Below are positions 1-18,700 of a DNA stretch of 64,000 nucleotides, in pieces (positions within the stretch are counted from its first letter, which is position 1; each line of letters starts with the position of its first letter). Source of the DNA: the human T2T-CHM13v2.0 reference genome, Homo sapiens. A program made the position numbers and the translations under genes. Location of the stretch: the NCBI RefSeq assembly GCF_009914755.1, contig NC_060946.1; one strand, 5' to 3'. The notes under the pieces were generated by a model. It worked only from the letters and a program-made list of their open reading frames with translations. It had not been told where the DNA came from and did no database searches.

Positions 1-181
<181 letters not shown>

Positions 182-295
182 TAAATGACTACCTCAGCAG
201 GGATGTATCTAGAATTTGTTTCCTAAAATACTATAAATATCTTTAATAGAGATAAATTATATAAGTGTAAATTGTGTTATTCTGATAGACTCTAA

Positions 296-540
296 TAATG
301 ATGGCTAACAACAGTTGAACACTTGCTATGTGTTCTACACTGTTCTGAATACTTTATAATGTTAACTCATTTAATCCTTACAACTCTTGGGTATTAGGTA
401 CTGTTCTTATCTGTATTTTTCACATGTGGTTACTGAGGCCCAGAAAGGTTAAGTAACTTGCCGAGGTTCATGCAATTAAGTGGTAGAGTAGGGGTTCAGA
501 GTTAGGCTGTCTGGATTCAGTGACTTTAGTCACTACACTA
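296..540 (-). mobile_element. MIR SINE
   Basis: Core actgaggcccagaaaggttaagtaacttgcc is the reverse complement of the MIR core. Confidence 0.8.
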
Positions 541-574
541 AGACACAAAGGTGTCTCTTGAGTAGAATATGTGG

Positions 575-1000
575 TTGCCATGTCTCAGCCTTTACTGCAT
601 AGCAAATCACTTCAGAACTTAGTGGCTTGAAAGAACAGTTTTGTTAGTTTTCACATTTCTCTGAGTTGACTAGGCAATTCTTTGCTGGCTTTCCTGGGCT
701 CATTCCTGCAGTTGAATTCACAGAGAAGGTGGGATGGGGCCTGGGCTCAGCAGGATTCCTGGGCTGCTTTCTTCATGTGATTTGTCTTCTCAGGCTCCTT
801 CACAGCATGGTTATCTCCAGCTCCAAGAGACTGAAAATGAAAGTTAGCAAAGCCTCTGAAGACCTAAGCTTGGAACTTGGACAGTGACACTTCTGTCCTG
901 CTATTTTAATCCAAGCAAGTCACAGGGCAGCTGCGATTCAGAGTGGAAGGGGTGCACAAGGCATGAATTCAGAGAAGCATGATTCATGAGGGCTGTTTTG
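575..1000. mobile_element. Old MaLR LTR (MLT1-type) relic
   Basis: aacttagtggcttgaaagaac... and attttaatccaagcaagtcacag resemble MLT1 motifs. Confidence 0.55.
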
Positions 1001-1396
1001 TAACAGGTCCGGCACAGGTCATTATTGATACATTAGAAACAAGTTTTAAAAGTTGCTCCTCCGTGCCATTGTGGAATGCAGATGAGAAGCGGGGCAGAGG
1101 GCTATTCAGTAGTGCTCAAGAGGCCGCTCATTGTGCATTTTATTCAGCCGCTTTTGGACAGTATAGTTGAGGCGGAGTATTTCCACATAGGTGAGAGTAG
1201 CCAAAGGAAACATTGCCTAAACCCCATTATCCTGTGATAAAGGGTAGCCCTGGCTGCACCTCTTCCCTAAAATAATGGTGTTGGGGAGCATTTTCGAGTT
1301 GAGACATTTGTGCTGTGTTTACTAGTGTGCTCCCTCCGCATTTATATTGTGAGTTCGTGGCTTTGCATTTGCATGTATATACAAGATGTTATGTCC

Positions 1397-2057
1397 TTTT
1401 TTTTTTACCCCGAAACGGGGTCTCCCTCTGTCACCCAGATTGGAGTGTAGTTGCATGATCTCGGCTCACTGCACAACCTCTGCCTCCCAGGCCCAACCAG
1501 TCCTCCCACCTCAGCCTCCCAAGTAGCTGGGACCACAGGCGTGCACCACCATGCCTGGCTGTTTTCTGTGTTTTTGGTAAAGACAGGGTTCTGCCACGTT
1601 GCCCAGGCTGGTCTTGAGCTCCTGAGCTCAGGTAATCCACCTGCCTGGTCCTCCCAAAGTGCTGGGATTACAGACATGAGCTACCACGCCTGACATTATG
1701 TCGTAATTTAAAAAGAAGGGAAGGGAATACTGTTCCACCAATTTAATGACCTTTTTTTTTTTTTTTTTTTTTTTTTTGAGACGGAGTCTCACTCTGTTGC
1801 CCAGGCTGGAATGAAATGGCATGATTTCGGCTCACTGCAACCTCCACCTCCTGGGTTCAAGTGATTCTCATGCCTCAGCCTCCAAGTAGCCAGGATTACA
1901 GGTGTGCACCACCACACCCAGCTAATTTTTGTATTTTTAGTAGAGACGGTTTTAACCACGTTGGCCAAGCTGGTCTCAAATTCCTGACCTCAAGCAATCT
2001 GCCCTCTTCAGCCTTCCAAAGTGCTGGGATTACAGGCGTGAGCCACTGTGCGCAGCT
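1397..2057 (-). mobile_element. Two tandem antisense Alus (AluJ-like ~1397-1692, AluS-like ~1752-2057)
   Basis: Poly-T leads followed by Alu reverse-complement consensus. Confidence 0.9.
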
Positions 2058-2489
2058 GATTTAATGCTTTTTTTATGTGCTCTCTATTAATCAAACTTCA
2101 TCTAAAATTCTGAAAATATAGATAAAAGCAAAATAAAGATGCCAAATGTAATAAACTTCAAATAAGATGAACTTTAAGTGGTGTTTATCAGTTGACGTTT
2201 AATGTATGAGGCATCACTTTGTAAATCTTTGTAAAGATAGGAGGTGAAAAATATTTCTACAAGTTGCAAAAAACTAATACTTATGAGCTACATTCAGTAG
2301 CTTTTTAGTACATGATTAGTTAGTACAGTGCGTCTCAAACCTAATCGTATATAAAAATCATGTGGAGAGTTTTTAAACAGGTAAAATTCCCAGACCTCAT
2401 CCTGGTAAACCATAATCTCTGGGGACTGGGGCCTAAGCTTGGGATTGTTAGTTTTTCAAAACTCCCTGGGTAGGAATTCTACTTCTAGC

Positions 2490-7430
<4,941 letters not shown>

Positions 7431-7528
7431 ATAAATAGAAGTTAGCCAGATAAAAAGGGCTGGGCGAAATCTGTGGGAGTGAAGCACAAGAAAAACATAG
7501 ACAAGCAACGTGGTCTGCATGATAGTAA

Positions 7529-7915
<387 letters not shown>

Positions 7916-8690
7916 GTGGTGGATTCTTCTGGCTGCCTGCATATGCAGAAGTCTGGCGATGATGCCAGTGACAAGCCATTGCTGTAGTGCTGCACTGAGA
8001 TGACAGGCTGTACTGGGCAGTTGTTGTAGCATTAGCAAGCGGGTGGCAGAATTGAGATTTATTTGAACCAGGACTTGAATGGTCAGTACAATTACAAAAG
8101 GAGCACATCTGCATTTTATTTTGGAACATGTTTTTGTATTTACTGAATTGGTTTGTGATACTTTAAAGATTCTCTTCCAACAAAATAATGAAACCACATT
8201 CAGAATACCAGTGGTTGCCAGAGGTCAGTGATAGGGGGTTGGGGACGGGAAGAGGGGTGTGACTGTAAAAGGGCCCCAGGAAGGATCCTTATGGTGATGG
8301 AAATGTTCTTTATCTTGACTGTATCAGTAACATATAAATGACTATATAAGATAATGACTATATCAGTATTTGGCTAATGTCAAAATCCTGCTGGTGGTAT
8401 TTTACTATAGGTTTGTAAGATATTACCGTTGGGGGAAACTGAGTAAAGAGTACGTAGGATCTCTTTATATTCTTAAAACTGCATATGAGTCTATAATTAC
8501 CCCATAATAAAAAGTCTAATTTTTAAAAAAAGTATATTGATCACAGTCCATGCCTGTAAGGTGTGTTACAACCTTACTATAGCAGTATGGAAAGAATTAA
8601 TACGGATTTATAACTAAATATCTACTCTGTGCGGCATTTACTTTGTGAGTCCAAACAGTCATTTTAACTTTGATGTTGTTTATCTTATGA

Positions 8691-8804
<114 letters not shown>

Positions 8805-9188
8805 TAGCATTTCACCTTTTTTTCAATTTTTGAATTGTTCTGGCTTTTTTGGCAAACTAAATATTTTCTTTGCTCTTGATACTATTTCAATCAATCTGGT
8901 ATACCTTTGTATCAGAAGTTCACTAGTAAGTATATCTAAATTACAAGTGGGGAAAGTAGTTGTTAATGAATGCATCTTTCCTGACAGCTGTCATAATGGG
9001 TAATAGAGAGTGTACACCATTGCTAGGCACTGTTTTCACAGTTCCTCATGGCATATGTATTATTGTCATCCTCATTTTATAGATACCAAAAATGAGGCTT
9101 AAAGAAGTTAACTAATTCAATTCAGGTTAACACAGTTAGTTACTAAGCAGTAGCCCAGGGCAGCCTGACTTCAAAGCCCATTCCTTAA

Positions 9189-9593
<405 letters not shown>

Positions 9594-10449
9594 TAGTTTT
9601 TTTATGGTAGGGCTGGCACCAGAACCCAAGTATCCCACCTTTCGAGGTTGAGGCTCCTTCTCTTACCCCACGCTGCCTCTTCATGTGAGGTACTAAAGTG
9701 CATTGGAAAGATGAACTGCAGTGTTGGGGTGTGGTGCTGGGAAAAGCACTGCTTCATTTGGGGTGGGTGTGGGAATGTTCCCAAGTGTCCCCTCAGGGCC
9801 TGAGGGCTCCTCTTAGCTGATGCAGGCCAGTTACTTCCATGCGTCAGGAATTCTTGGTTGTGCATGTTAGGCTGTGTATGTTAGACTAGAAGGCTTCAAC
9901 AGGTTTTGGGTCAGAAGTAAGCAGACTTGTGAAAAGTATTAAATTAAAGAACCCAAAGGACTGGCTCTGTGGGCTCCATGTAGTACCAGCGCCTGAAGAG
10001 TTCAATTTGGTGGTTGAACTGGCCCTATACCTGTCAGTCTTCAGTGTTCTGATAAGCTGGTTGTGTACACATTTAGGGGCAATGGAGTACAAGGTGGTGC
10101 TGCTACTACCTCCCTGGCACAAAGATTTGCCTTCTGCCCTGCTTCTTGGCTTCTGGTTCATTTGTCAGTCATCACCTAAGCTCTTTTCTCCCCTCAGAAG
10201 GTTTTGCTAAGGGAACAAATAGTGGAAGGTTTAAAGTTTTCTTAACCCAAATACTCTGCATCTCTCCTTCCTCTCTTTACATCCCGCCTCCCAGATGAAC
10301 CCACAAAGGATTTACATAGGTGTGCAGCACAGAGATCTTGGCCTTGCCATGGCCTGGCTGTTAACTGCAACCTTTTTGGTGCTGTCTCCTCATCTGTAAA
10401 TTGATAGTGAACACCTAGCTCACTGGGTTCCTGGGCTCTTAACACCTGC

Positions 10450-12030
10450 AGCTGCTGAAGTTGTCAACGACTGCTGTGTCCCCAGCCCAGCCAGTTCAGT
10501 CCTAATCTGATGTGACCCGTCAGCAGCATTTGGCACTGTTGAGCACTCTGTCTTCTAGGACATTCTTTTTGGTTTCCCTAATACCACACTCTTGTGCCTT
10601 CTCTCTGTCAGGCTGCTTCTTCTTCCTCTCCTGTGTGGCTTTTCTCCTTTTTTTTTTCTTTGTTTTTTTGAGACAGAGTCTCACTCTGTCGCCCAGGCTG
10701 TAGTGCAGTGGCACGATATCAACTTACTGCAACTTCCGCCTCCTGGGTTTAAGTGATTCTCCTGCCTCAGCCTCCCGAGTAGCTGGGATTACAGGCGTGG
10801 AGCACCCCACCCAGCTAATTTTTGTATTTTTAGTAGAGACGGGGTTTTGCCATGTTGGCCAGGCTGGTCTCGAACTCCTGACCTCAGGGTGATCTGCCAG
10901 CCTTGGCCTCCCAAAGTGCTGGGATTACAGGCATGAGCCACCGCACCCGGCCTGGCTTTTCTCTTCTTCCTGACCTGTACGTGGAGGTGTGGCCCAGAGC
11001 TCAACACAGGGCCTTTGTTCTTTGTCCTCACTTTCTTTGTTATTGTATCCTGTCTCATGACTTTAAATACTATTTTTGTGCTGAGGACTGTCAGATTTGC
11101 ATCTCTCGCCTGTTCTTCTCTGGACTCTAGGTTCGTGTATCCAGTTGCCTACTTGACATCTTCCCATTTTGATATTGAATATTCTCAGACAATGTCTCCA
11201 GGACAAGATTTCCCCCACTTTCCAAACTTGTTCTACATGTAATCTGCCTTCTCCATCTCCATTCATGGCAGTTTCATCCTTAGAAACCTTGGAGTCATCC
11301 TTAACTCCCGTCTTCATCTTAGACTTGTTCAGTTGTTTAGGAAATCCCATTGACTCTACTTTCAAAATATGTCCAGAATAAGAGCATTGCTCTTTTCTCT
11401 ACTGTCACCTCCCTGGTATAAGCCACCATCATCTCTCAGCTGGGTTCTGGCAAAAGATTCCTAATCACCCTCAGTGTCTGTTCTTGACACTGTAGCTTGA
11501 AAAACAGAAATTGAAACCTGCTACTCTAGTCAAACCCTCTACATCTCCCCATTTCTTCTAGAAGAGGAGCCAGAGTTCTCTCAGGGGCCTCCAGACCCTC
11601 GCAGCCTGGCCTCAGTGTCCTCTCTAGCCTCTTCACTTTCTTGCTCACCCTGCCTCACCACATGGGCTTCCCTGCTGTCCCTGAGTACTTGGGCATGCTC
11701 CTGACTTAGACACCTTGCAACTGGCACTTTCTATGCTGGAACCCTCTGCCTGGAACACTGCTGGATCGAACCTCCTCAGCAAGGCCCTAAGTACCATATT
11801 TAAAGATGGAAACCACTCGTTCTCCCACACACCCCTTTCTCTGCTTGCTCTCCTTATCACTGGTCCCATTCTAACATCCCATATGGTTTGTCTATAATTT
11901 TTATTTCTTTCTCTTATTTCCCTAAATTGTAAGACCTATAAGGCAAGATTGGTGTCTGTTTTGTTCACTGAGGCATCCTCAGCACCTGTAGAAGTACTGG
12001 ACTCTTGATAAAAAATTGTGAGGTGAGTGA
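10450..12030. mobile_element. L2 relic with nested antisense AluS (~10646-10955)
   Basis: L2-like motifs (ttcaaaatatgtccagaat, gtctgttttgttcactg). Alu flanked by tggcttttt/tggcttttc repeat. Confidence 0.7.
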
Positions 12031-13507
12031 AAGAAAGAAGAGTTAAAGCTTGTAAAGTGCTTAGCGCCAATTCTATCCCATAGTAAATCTTTGCTGTTCA
12101 ATTTTATTACTATATGTGTGAACTTTTTCTGAGTAGCACAAGTGGCTGAGAATGATAGCTCTCATTGGCCCACAAGTCAAAGATTTTAGACGCCTGAGTT
12201 GCCTGCAGGATTTTGCTTAGCTGCCAGCAAATAACTAAAGCACCTACACAAGTTGTGTCCTAGGCATCTTTAAAAAGCTCTATGTGTTGAAGGCAGAGAT
12301 GGTAACCAGGAATTCAGGAACGTTTCCACTCTGCTGCTTGGTAGGTGTGCCCTAGTTCTGTCAATAGTCAGCCTTTTGACCTTCTTCAGTCTGCGTTAAG
12401 TGTGGTCAGAGCCAGTGCAAGTCTGCAGCAGCCTCTGAGGGTAAGTATAACCCTGTGCCAGTACCCTAAAGCTGTGAGTCCAGCCTGGGCACGGTGGTGT
12501 GGCTGCAAGCCTGAGAAAGCCCAGGAGGAGAGACCCCTATCAGAGGGCACTGAGGTGATCCTGGGGCATCAGAGGACAGTGACGCTCCATGTTCCAGGTG
12601 GCCTCTGAGGAGAGTGGAGTGCTGCACTGAGAAATGGCTCAGGGTCTTCCCATACCTCCTGAGCTCAGCTGAAGCCAACCCTCGAGGCCTTCTCCACTCT
12701 CCACTGCTGCTTTCCAGGCTTATCTTGATGGGGTTAGAGCAGGGCGAGGTTTACCAGGGGAAACCAGCACCAGTGGTGTGTCTCAAGCTTACCTGAGTCA
12801 CTTGTTAAAATATAGAATGTTGGGCCTCCCCTCAGATCTAATGATGTAGACTCAGTAGCTTGGATATGCCATTTTCACAAGCACCCCAAGTGACTCTTAG
12901 GAATAAGTGAATTTGGAATATTATTGGGCAAAGACTACCGTTTAATTATTTCTGTTACCTTGGCTTTTGTGGGTGGAGAATGGGTGTGGAAGGTCTGTAG
13001 GCCAAGGTTATTGAAAACACAGATTAAATGCATTAAGATTCTATTCCTGGCTCTTATTTTATCATCTGGTGATGCATCAAACGGTAGTGCCAGCGGCATG
13101 GGGGTACATGCCGTCAGTCTATGTAAAAGCTGGTCTCATTCTCCACTTCAGTCTGTTGTCATGCCTTAGTGGAGTGTGGTTGAGACATTGCAAATACAGG
13201 AGAAAGGAAACACACTTAGATGAATCTATATCACAGTAGTTGATACTGTGATCGTTTATCTTAAACAGTCATTCAAGAAAAGAACCACTCAGAAAACTAA
13301 GAACAACCAAATGATTCGTGGCCATAAAAAGCCACTGTGGTTTTCCAAATTGTGATGAGAGTAGGATTTCTGAGCTCTGTCTTGAACTGCTTTTCTTCCT
13401 TGGTTGTCTTATTTACTTAGGGATGAATTTAAAAATACAGTGTGTAATTTTCGTTTAAAAAATTTAAGTGTCTTCATTACTGAAGTTTAAAAAGATGCTG
13501 CCTCTTG

Positions 13508-13610
13508 GAGAATGGCGTGAACCCGGGAGGCGGAGCTTTCAGTGAGCCGAGATTGCGCCACTGCACTCCAGCCTGGGGAATAGAGCGAGACTCTGTCTCA
13601 AAAAAAAAAA
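13508..13610 (+). mobile_element. 5'-truncated AluY-like element (~100 bp) with 19-bp TSD
   Basis: gagaatggcgtgaacccgggaggcgg. TSD aaaaagatgctgcctcttg at 13489-13507 and 13606-13624. TT/AAAA endonuclease site. Confidence 0.9.
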
Positions 13611-15481
13611 GATGCTGCCTCTTGCTCTACAATAGTTTTTTTTTTTAAATCTATTATCCTTTAGCATCATGCACTTGCAGGAAAATGTTTCATACCAGAG
13701 AAATCTTACTATAAATGCACTTAATCAAATGCTCTTTTGTTGGTATTACCAGCAGTGGAATTAAATGGCTAGGGTCATGACTGGTGCCACCTTAGTGAAT
13801 CTTTGTAGATAGTATATGAATTAGCTTTATGCCCTAAGCTGAAAAGCACAGATTCTGCTGCCAAGTACATGGATACAGGTAGTTGGAAAGTGCACAGTGA
13901 CCAGATGAGCTCCAGAATGTTAAGCATAAACCTCAGCTGGCTGGTGTAAATGGTTGAGAAGCCTGGGATTGCCCAGTGTCAGTGTGACCCTATCACCGTG
14001 TCTCTCAGCTCAGGCATATAGATGTCTTAAGAAGTTCGTTAGTCCAAGTGTAGTTGTGTTCTGTAAGGAAATTTCATACCATTATTACCTGTCTAAATTG
14101 TGTTACTTGAGGCCAGAGATTTTTATAAACTGAGTATTTTGAAAAAAAAATGATTTATGTTAAGGGTACATACCATAAATTTGTATGAAGTTAGGAGGTT
14201 TTACTGGAAAGCCAAACCTTCTGTTTAAAAACTTTCACAGAATTTTCTTTTTTACTCTAAATCAGATTCTGCCTCAGCTTTAGATCTAGCCTTAGGCCAT
14301 GAAAGTCCCAGGATAAAATGAGATAGAAATCCTACCCTCCTGCACTTTACAGTCTAATTGGATATTTAGTCACTCCCCCTTCTTCTTCCTCTTCCCTGTG
14401 GTTCTTGATAAAAATCAGAACTTATTTTTATCAATCTCAGCTCTTATTTTCTCCCCAACATATTATAATGAAAATTTTCAAACATACAGAAAAGTTGCAA
14501 GAAGTTGTGCCGTGAATTATCCACTTACTTACAGCCTAGATTCTGTGGCATTCTTTTATATTTGCTTTATCACAAAGTAAGTTATAATCACTACCCTTCA
14601 GCATGCATATCAGTATTTATGGTGTTCTGTCTCTCTGTGTGTTTCCTTTTGAAATAAGTTTAGACTTAACAAAAATATTAGAGTTCCCTTCCCCCAGCTT
14701 CCCTTATAGGAACATCCTACATAACTATAGAACAGTTACAAAAAGTAAGAAATTAATAGCAGTAAAATATTATTAACTAACCTACAGAATTTATTTGAAT
14801 TTTACCAGTTTTTCCACTAATGTCCTTTTTTAATTCTAGAATCAAATTGAGGCTCCTACTTTCCATTTAGTTGTCTTATCTCTTTAGTCCCCACCAGTCT
14901 GCAGCTGCTTCTCACTCTTCCCCTGTCTCACATGACCTCAACACTTTTGAAGAATACTTGTCAGTTATTTTGCAGAATGTCTCTCAGATGGGCTTGTCTG
15001 ATATTTTCTTCTGATTTAAGTTGAGTTTATGGAGTTTTTTTCGTTTTTTGTTTGTTTGTTTTGTTTTTTGAGTTTTTTGAGATAAGGTCTCACTCTGCAA
15101 CCTCCGCCTCCTGGGTTCAACTCTCATGCTTTAGCCTCCCGAGTAGCTGGGATTACAGGCGCATACCACCACACTCAGCTAATTTTTTTGTATTTTTTGG
15201 TAGAGATGGAGTTTCACCATATTGGCCAGGCTGGTCTTGAACTCCTGACCTCAGGTGATCCGCCCACCTCGACCTCCCACAGTGCTAGCATAACAGGCAT
15301 GAGCCACCATGCCCAGCCTGAGTTTATGTTTTAATGGAAGGGATACTGCAGAGGTGATGTGTCCTTTTCAAGTTATTTTATCAGGGGTACATGAGATTGA
15401 TGTGTCTTGTTACTTCTGATGTTAAATTAACTTTGTTCACTTGGTTAGGTGATTGGCTGCTAGGAATTAGTAAATATCTTT

Positions 15482-15870
15482 GTGTTAGTCCATTCTTGGA
15501 TTGCTATAAAGAAATACATTAGGCTGGGTAATTTATAAAGAAAAGAGGTTTAATTGGCTTACAGTTATGCAGGCTGTATAGGAGGCATGGTGCCAGCATC
15601 CGCTCAGCTTCTGGTGAGGCCTCAGGAAGCTTACAGTCATGGTGGAAGGCAAATCAATAGCAGGAATGTCACATGAAGAAAGGGGGAGCATGAGAGAGAG
15701 GAGAGAGGTGCCACACACTTTTAAACAACCAGATCTCACAAGGACAGCACCAAGCCATTCATGAGGGATCTGCTCCTATGACCCGGGTACCTCCTACCAG
15801 GCCCACCTCCAACACTGGGGCTTACATTTGAGCATGAGATTTGGAGGGGACAGACACCTAGACTATATCA
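15482..15870. mobile_element. MST-type MaLR solo LTR
   Basis: tgtgttagtccattctt...gctataaagaaatac...ggtaatttataaagaaaagaggtttaattggc...actatatca. Confidence 0.82.
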
Positions 15871-16787
15871 GTTTTGTTCCTTCTTAAACTTTCTCTCACT
15901 GATTTCAGCATTTATTTATGCATTTTGCCCACAACAGTTATTACCGTGGTGTTTCAGTGGTGGTTTTCTATTTCCTTATTCCATCTGTAAGGAATTATTT
16001 ATATGTATTATTCTATTGACATCATTCATTTATATTAGTATAGACTCATGGATATTTGTTCTTTGGATTATAATCTACTACCATTTTTATTTGTTTTGTT
16101 GTCAGGTTATTCCATCAGTGGCTGTTGAGAGATCTTTCACATTGACTCCTTGCTTTCTCAATGCACCTTCCCTCCACCCCTGAAGTACTTTCTGGCACTA
16201 CAAGATGCTCCAGCCTATCTTGGTTTTTTTTCCTGCACCAGCCCTGGAGTCAACCATTTCTTTAAGGAGTTCTGGTTACTCTTTTTTTTTTTTTTTGAGA
16301 CAGAGTCTCACCCTGTCGCTGGAGTGCAACGGTGTGATCTCGGCTCGCTGCAACCTGCGCCCCCTGGGTTCAAGTGATTCTCATGTCTCAGCCTCTTAAG
16401 TAGCTGGGATTACAGGTGCATGCCACCACACCTGGCTAATTTTTTTGTATCTTTAGTAGAGACAGGGTTTCACCATGTTGGCCATCTCATGACCTTGTGA
16501 TTCACCCACGTCGGCCTCCCATAGTGCTGGGATTACAGGCATAAGCCACTGCACCCAGCCAAGTTCTGGTTACTTTTATTAGAGAATAGTATTTAGAAAC
16601 CAAGATCCAGGCCAGGCGCAGTGGCTCATGCCTGTAATCCCAGCACTTTGGGAGGCCGAGGTGGGCGGATCAGGAGGTCAAGAGATCCAGACCATCCTGG
16701 CAAACATGGTGAAACCCTGTCTCTACTAAAAATACAAAAATTAATTAGCTGAGCGTGGTGGTGTGCACCTGTAGTCCCAGGTACTCA

Positions 16788-16943
<156 letters not shown>

Positions 16944-17032
16944 TCATTGCTACTGGGGTTTCACAGCCTTTAGTCCCTCTCTGGATAGAACTAGGGAAAT
17001 TGTATGTATATGTACCAACTCATGTGTATACA

Positions 17033-17135
17033 CTATCCTGTCTGTCTGTCTGTCTACCTACCTATCCACCCACCCACCTACCTACCTACCTACCTATCTA
17101 ACTATCTTATTTGTCTGTCTGTCTGCCTGTCTATC
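17033..17135. repeat. Compound tetranucleotide microsatellite (TCTG)n/(CCTA)n/(CCAC)n/(TCTA)n
   Basis: Directly visible. Confidence 0.85.
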
Positions 17136-18454
17136 AAAAACTGTAAGTTTATACTCATACCTGACTCCAAGCCATCACCAATGGGTTCATTCCAGAATTT
17201 TCCCTTCCCTTACTTATAACTTCTTTCTTTTGGGGGTGAGAAACTTGGCTCTCATTATCTACAATATATTTATGTATTTGTTCAACCTTACTATACATAT
17301 ACAAAGTTACTTAAGCCAGTTCCTTTTTCCCTACTCACTTCAGTTGGTCTGTCATGGTTTCGTAATGCAGTCAGATTAATTTGTCATAGTCTGCATTCTG
17401 TTCTCCTCCCCTTCTCTCCCTCCCTCCCCCCGTTCTGTTTTTTTTTTAATTTACATACAGTAAAATTTACACTATCTGGTATACAGTTTTGTGGGTTTTG
17501 ACAAACACATAGCCATTTGTCTGTCATCATAGTTACACAGTTCTGTACACAAGAGTTCCATCACCCCCAAAATTCCTTCATGCTGCCCCTTTGTAGTCAA
17601 CCCCTACCATACACCCCATTCCCTAGCAACCACTGATATGTTTTTCATCCCTACAGTTGTACCTTTTCTAGACTGTCATATAAATCAAATCATACAGCAT
17701 ACAGCTTTTTTTTTAAGTCTGGCTTCTCTCACTTGGCAGCATGTTTTTATTTTGCTGTTATTGGGCAGAGTGTTTTATAAATATCAGTTAGATCTAGTTG
17801 GTTGTATTGTTCAAGTCTGGGTCTTCTGTATTTACTCATTTCTGTCTGCTCGTTTCTAGGAATTACTGAGAGAATAGTCTTGAACTCTGAAAGTCTAGTT
17901 GTGGATTTCTATTTCTCCTTTTAGTTCTATCAGGTTTTACCTCATGTATCTTAAAGTTCTGTTGGTAGATGCATACCCATTTGGGAATGTGTTATGTCTT
18001 CTTAGAGAACTAGCCCCTTTATTATTATTATTATATTTTTTAAATCTCTGATAATGTCCCTTGTTCTGAAGTCTTTCTTTTCTGATATTGATGTACCTAC
18101 TCCAACCTTCTGTTAGTGCTTGCATGGTATATTTTTTTCCATCCTTTTAATTTATCTATGTCTTTAGATTTAAAGTAAGTTTCTTGTAGACGGTATATAG
18201 TTCAGTCTTTTTTATTCATTCTGACATTTTGTCTTTTAATTGGTGGATTTAGACCATTCTCGTTTAATATGATTATTATTATGGTTAGATTAAAATCTAC
18301 CACCTTGTCGTGTTTTGTATTTGACCCATCTATTCTGCTTCTTTTTCCTTTTTCTGCCTTCTCTTGGGTCCATTGACCATTTGTTATTACTTTGTTTTAT
18401 CTCTCCTACTGACTTATTATTTGTATCCATTAAATTCTTTCAGTGGTTGCCTTA

Positions 18455-18700
18455 GGTTAGGGTTTGTCAGCCTTGCCTTTATTGGCGTCCACATAACTGT
18501 TGTGGGGGATTGTTTTATGCATTACAGGAAGTTTAGCAGTATCCCTGCTCTCTACCCACCAGAGTCCCAGTATCACCCCCATCTCCCCAGTTATGACAAC
18601 CAAAAAATGCCTCTAATTTTTGGTTGTCACAACTGGGGGAATGGGGGTGATACTCTAATAATCCCCTGGGGGGCAAATTTGCCCACAGTTGAAAATCAGA
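18455..18700. mobile_element. MER20 (hAT-type) element carrying an internal inverted duplication
   Basis: gtttagcagtatccctg..ctctacccac and cccctggggggcaaatttgcccacagttgaaaatc match MER20. Confidence 0.8.
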
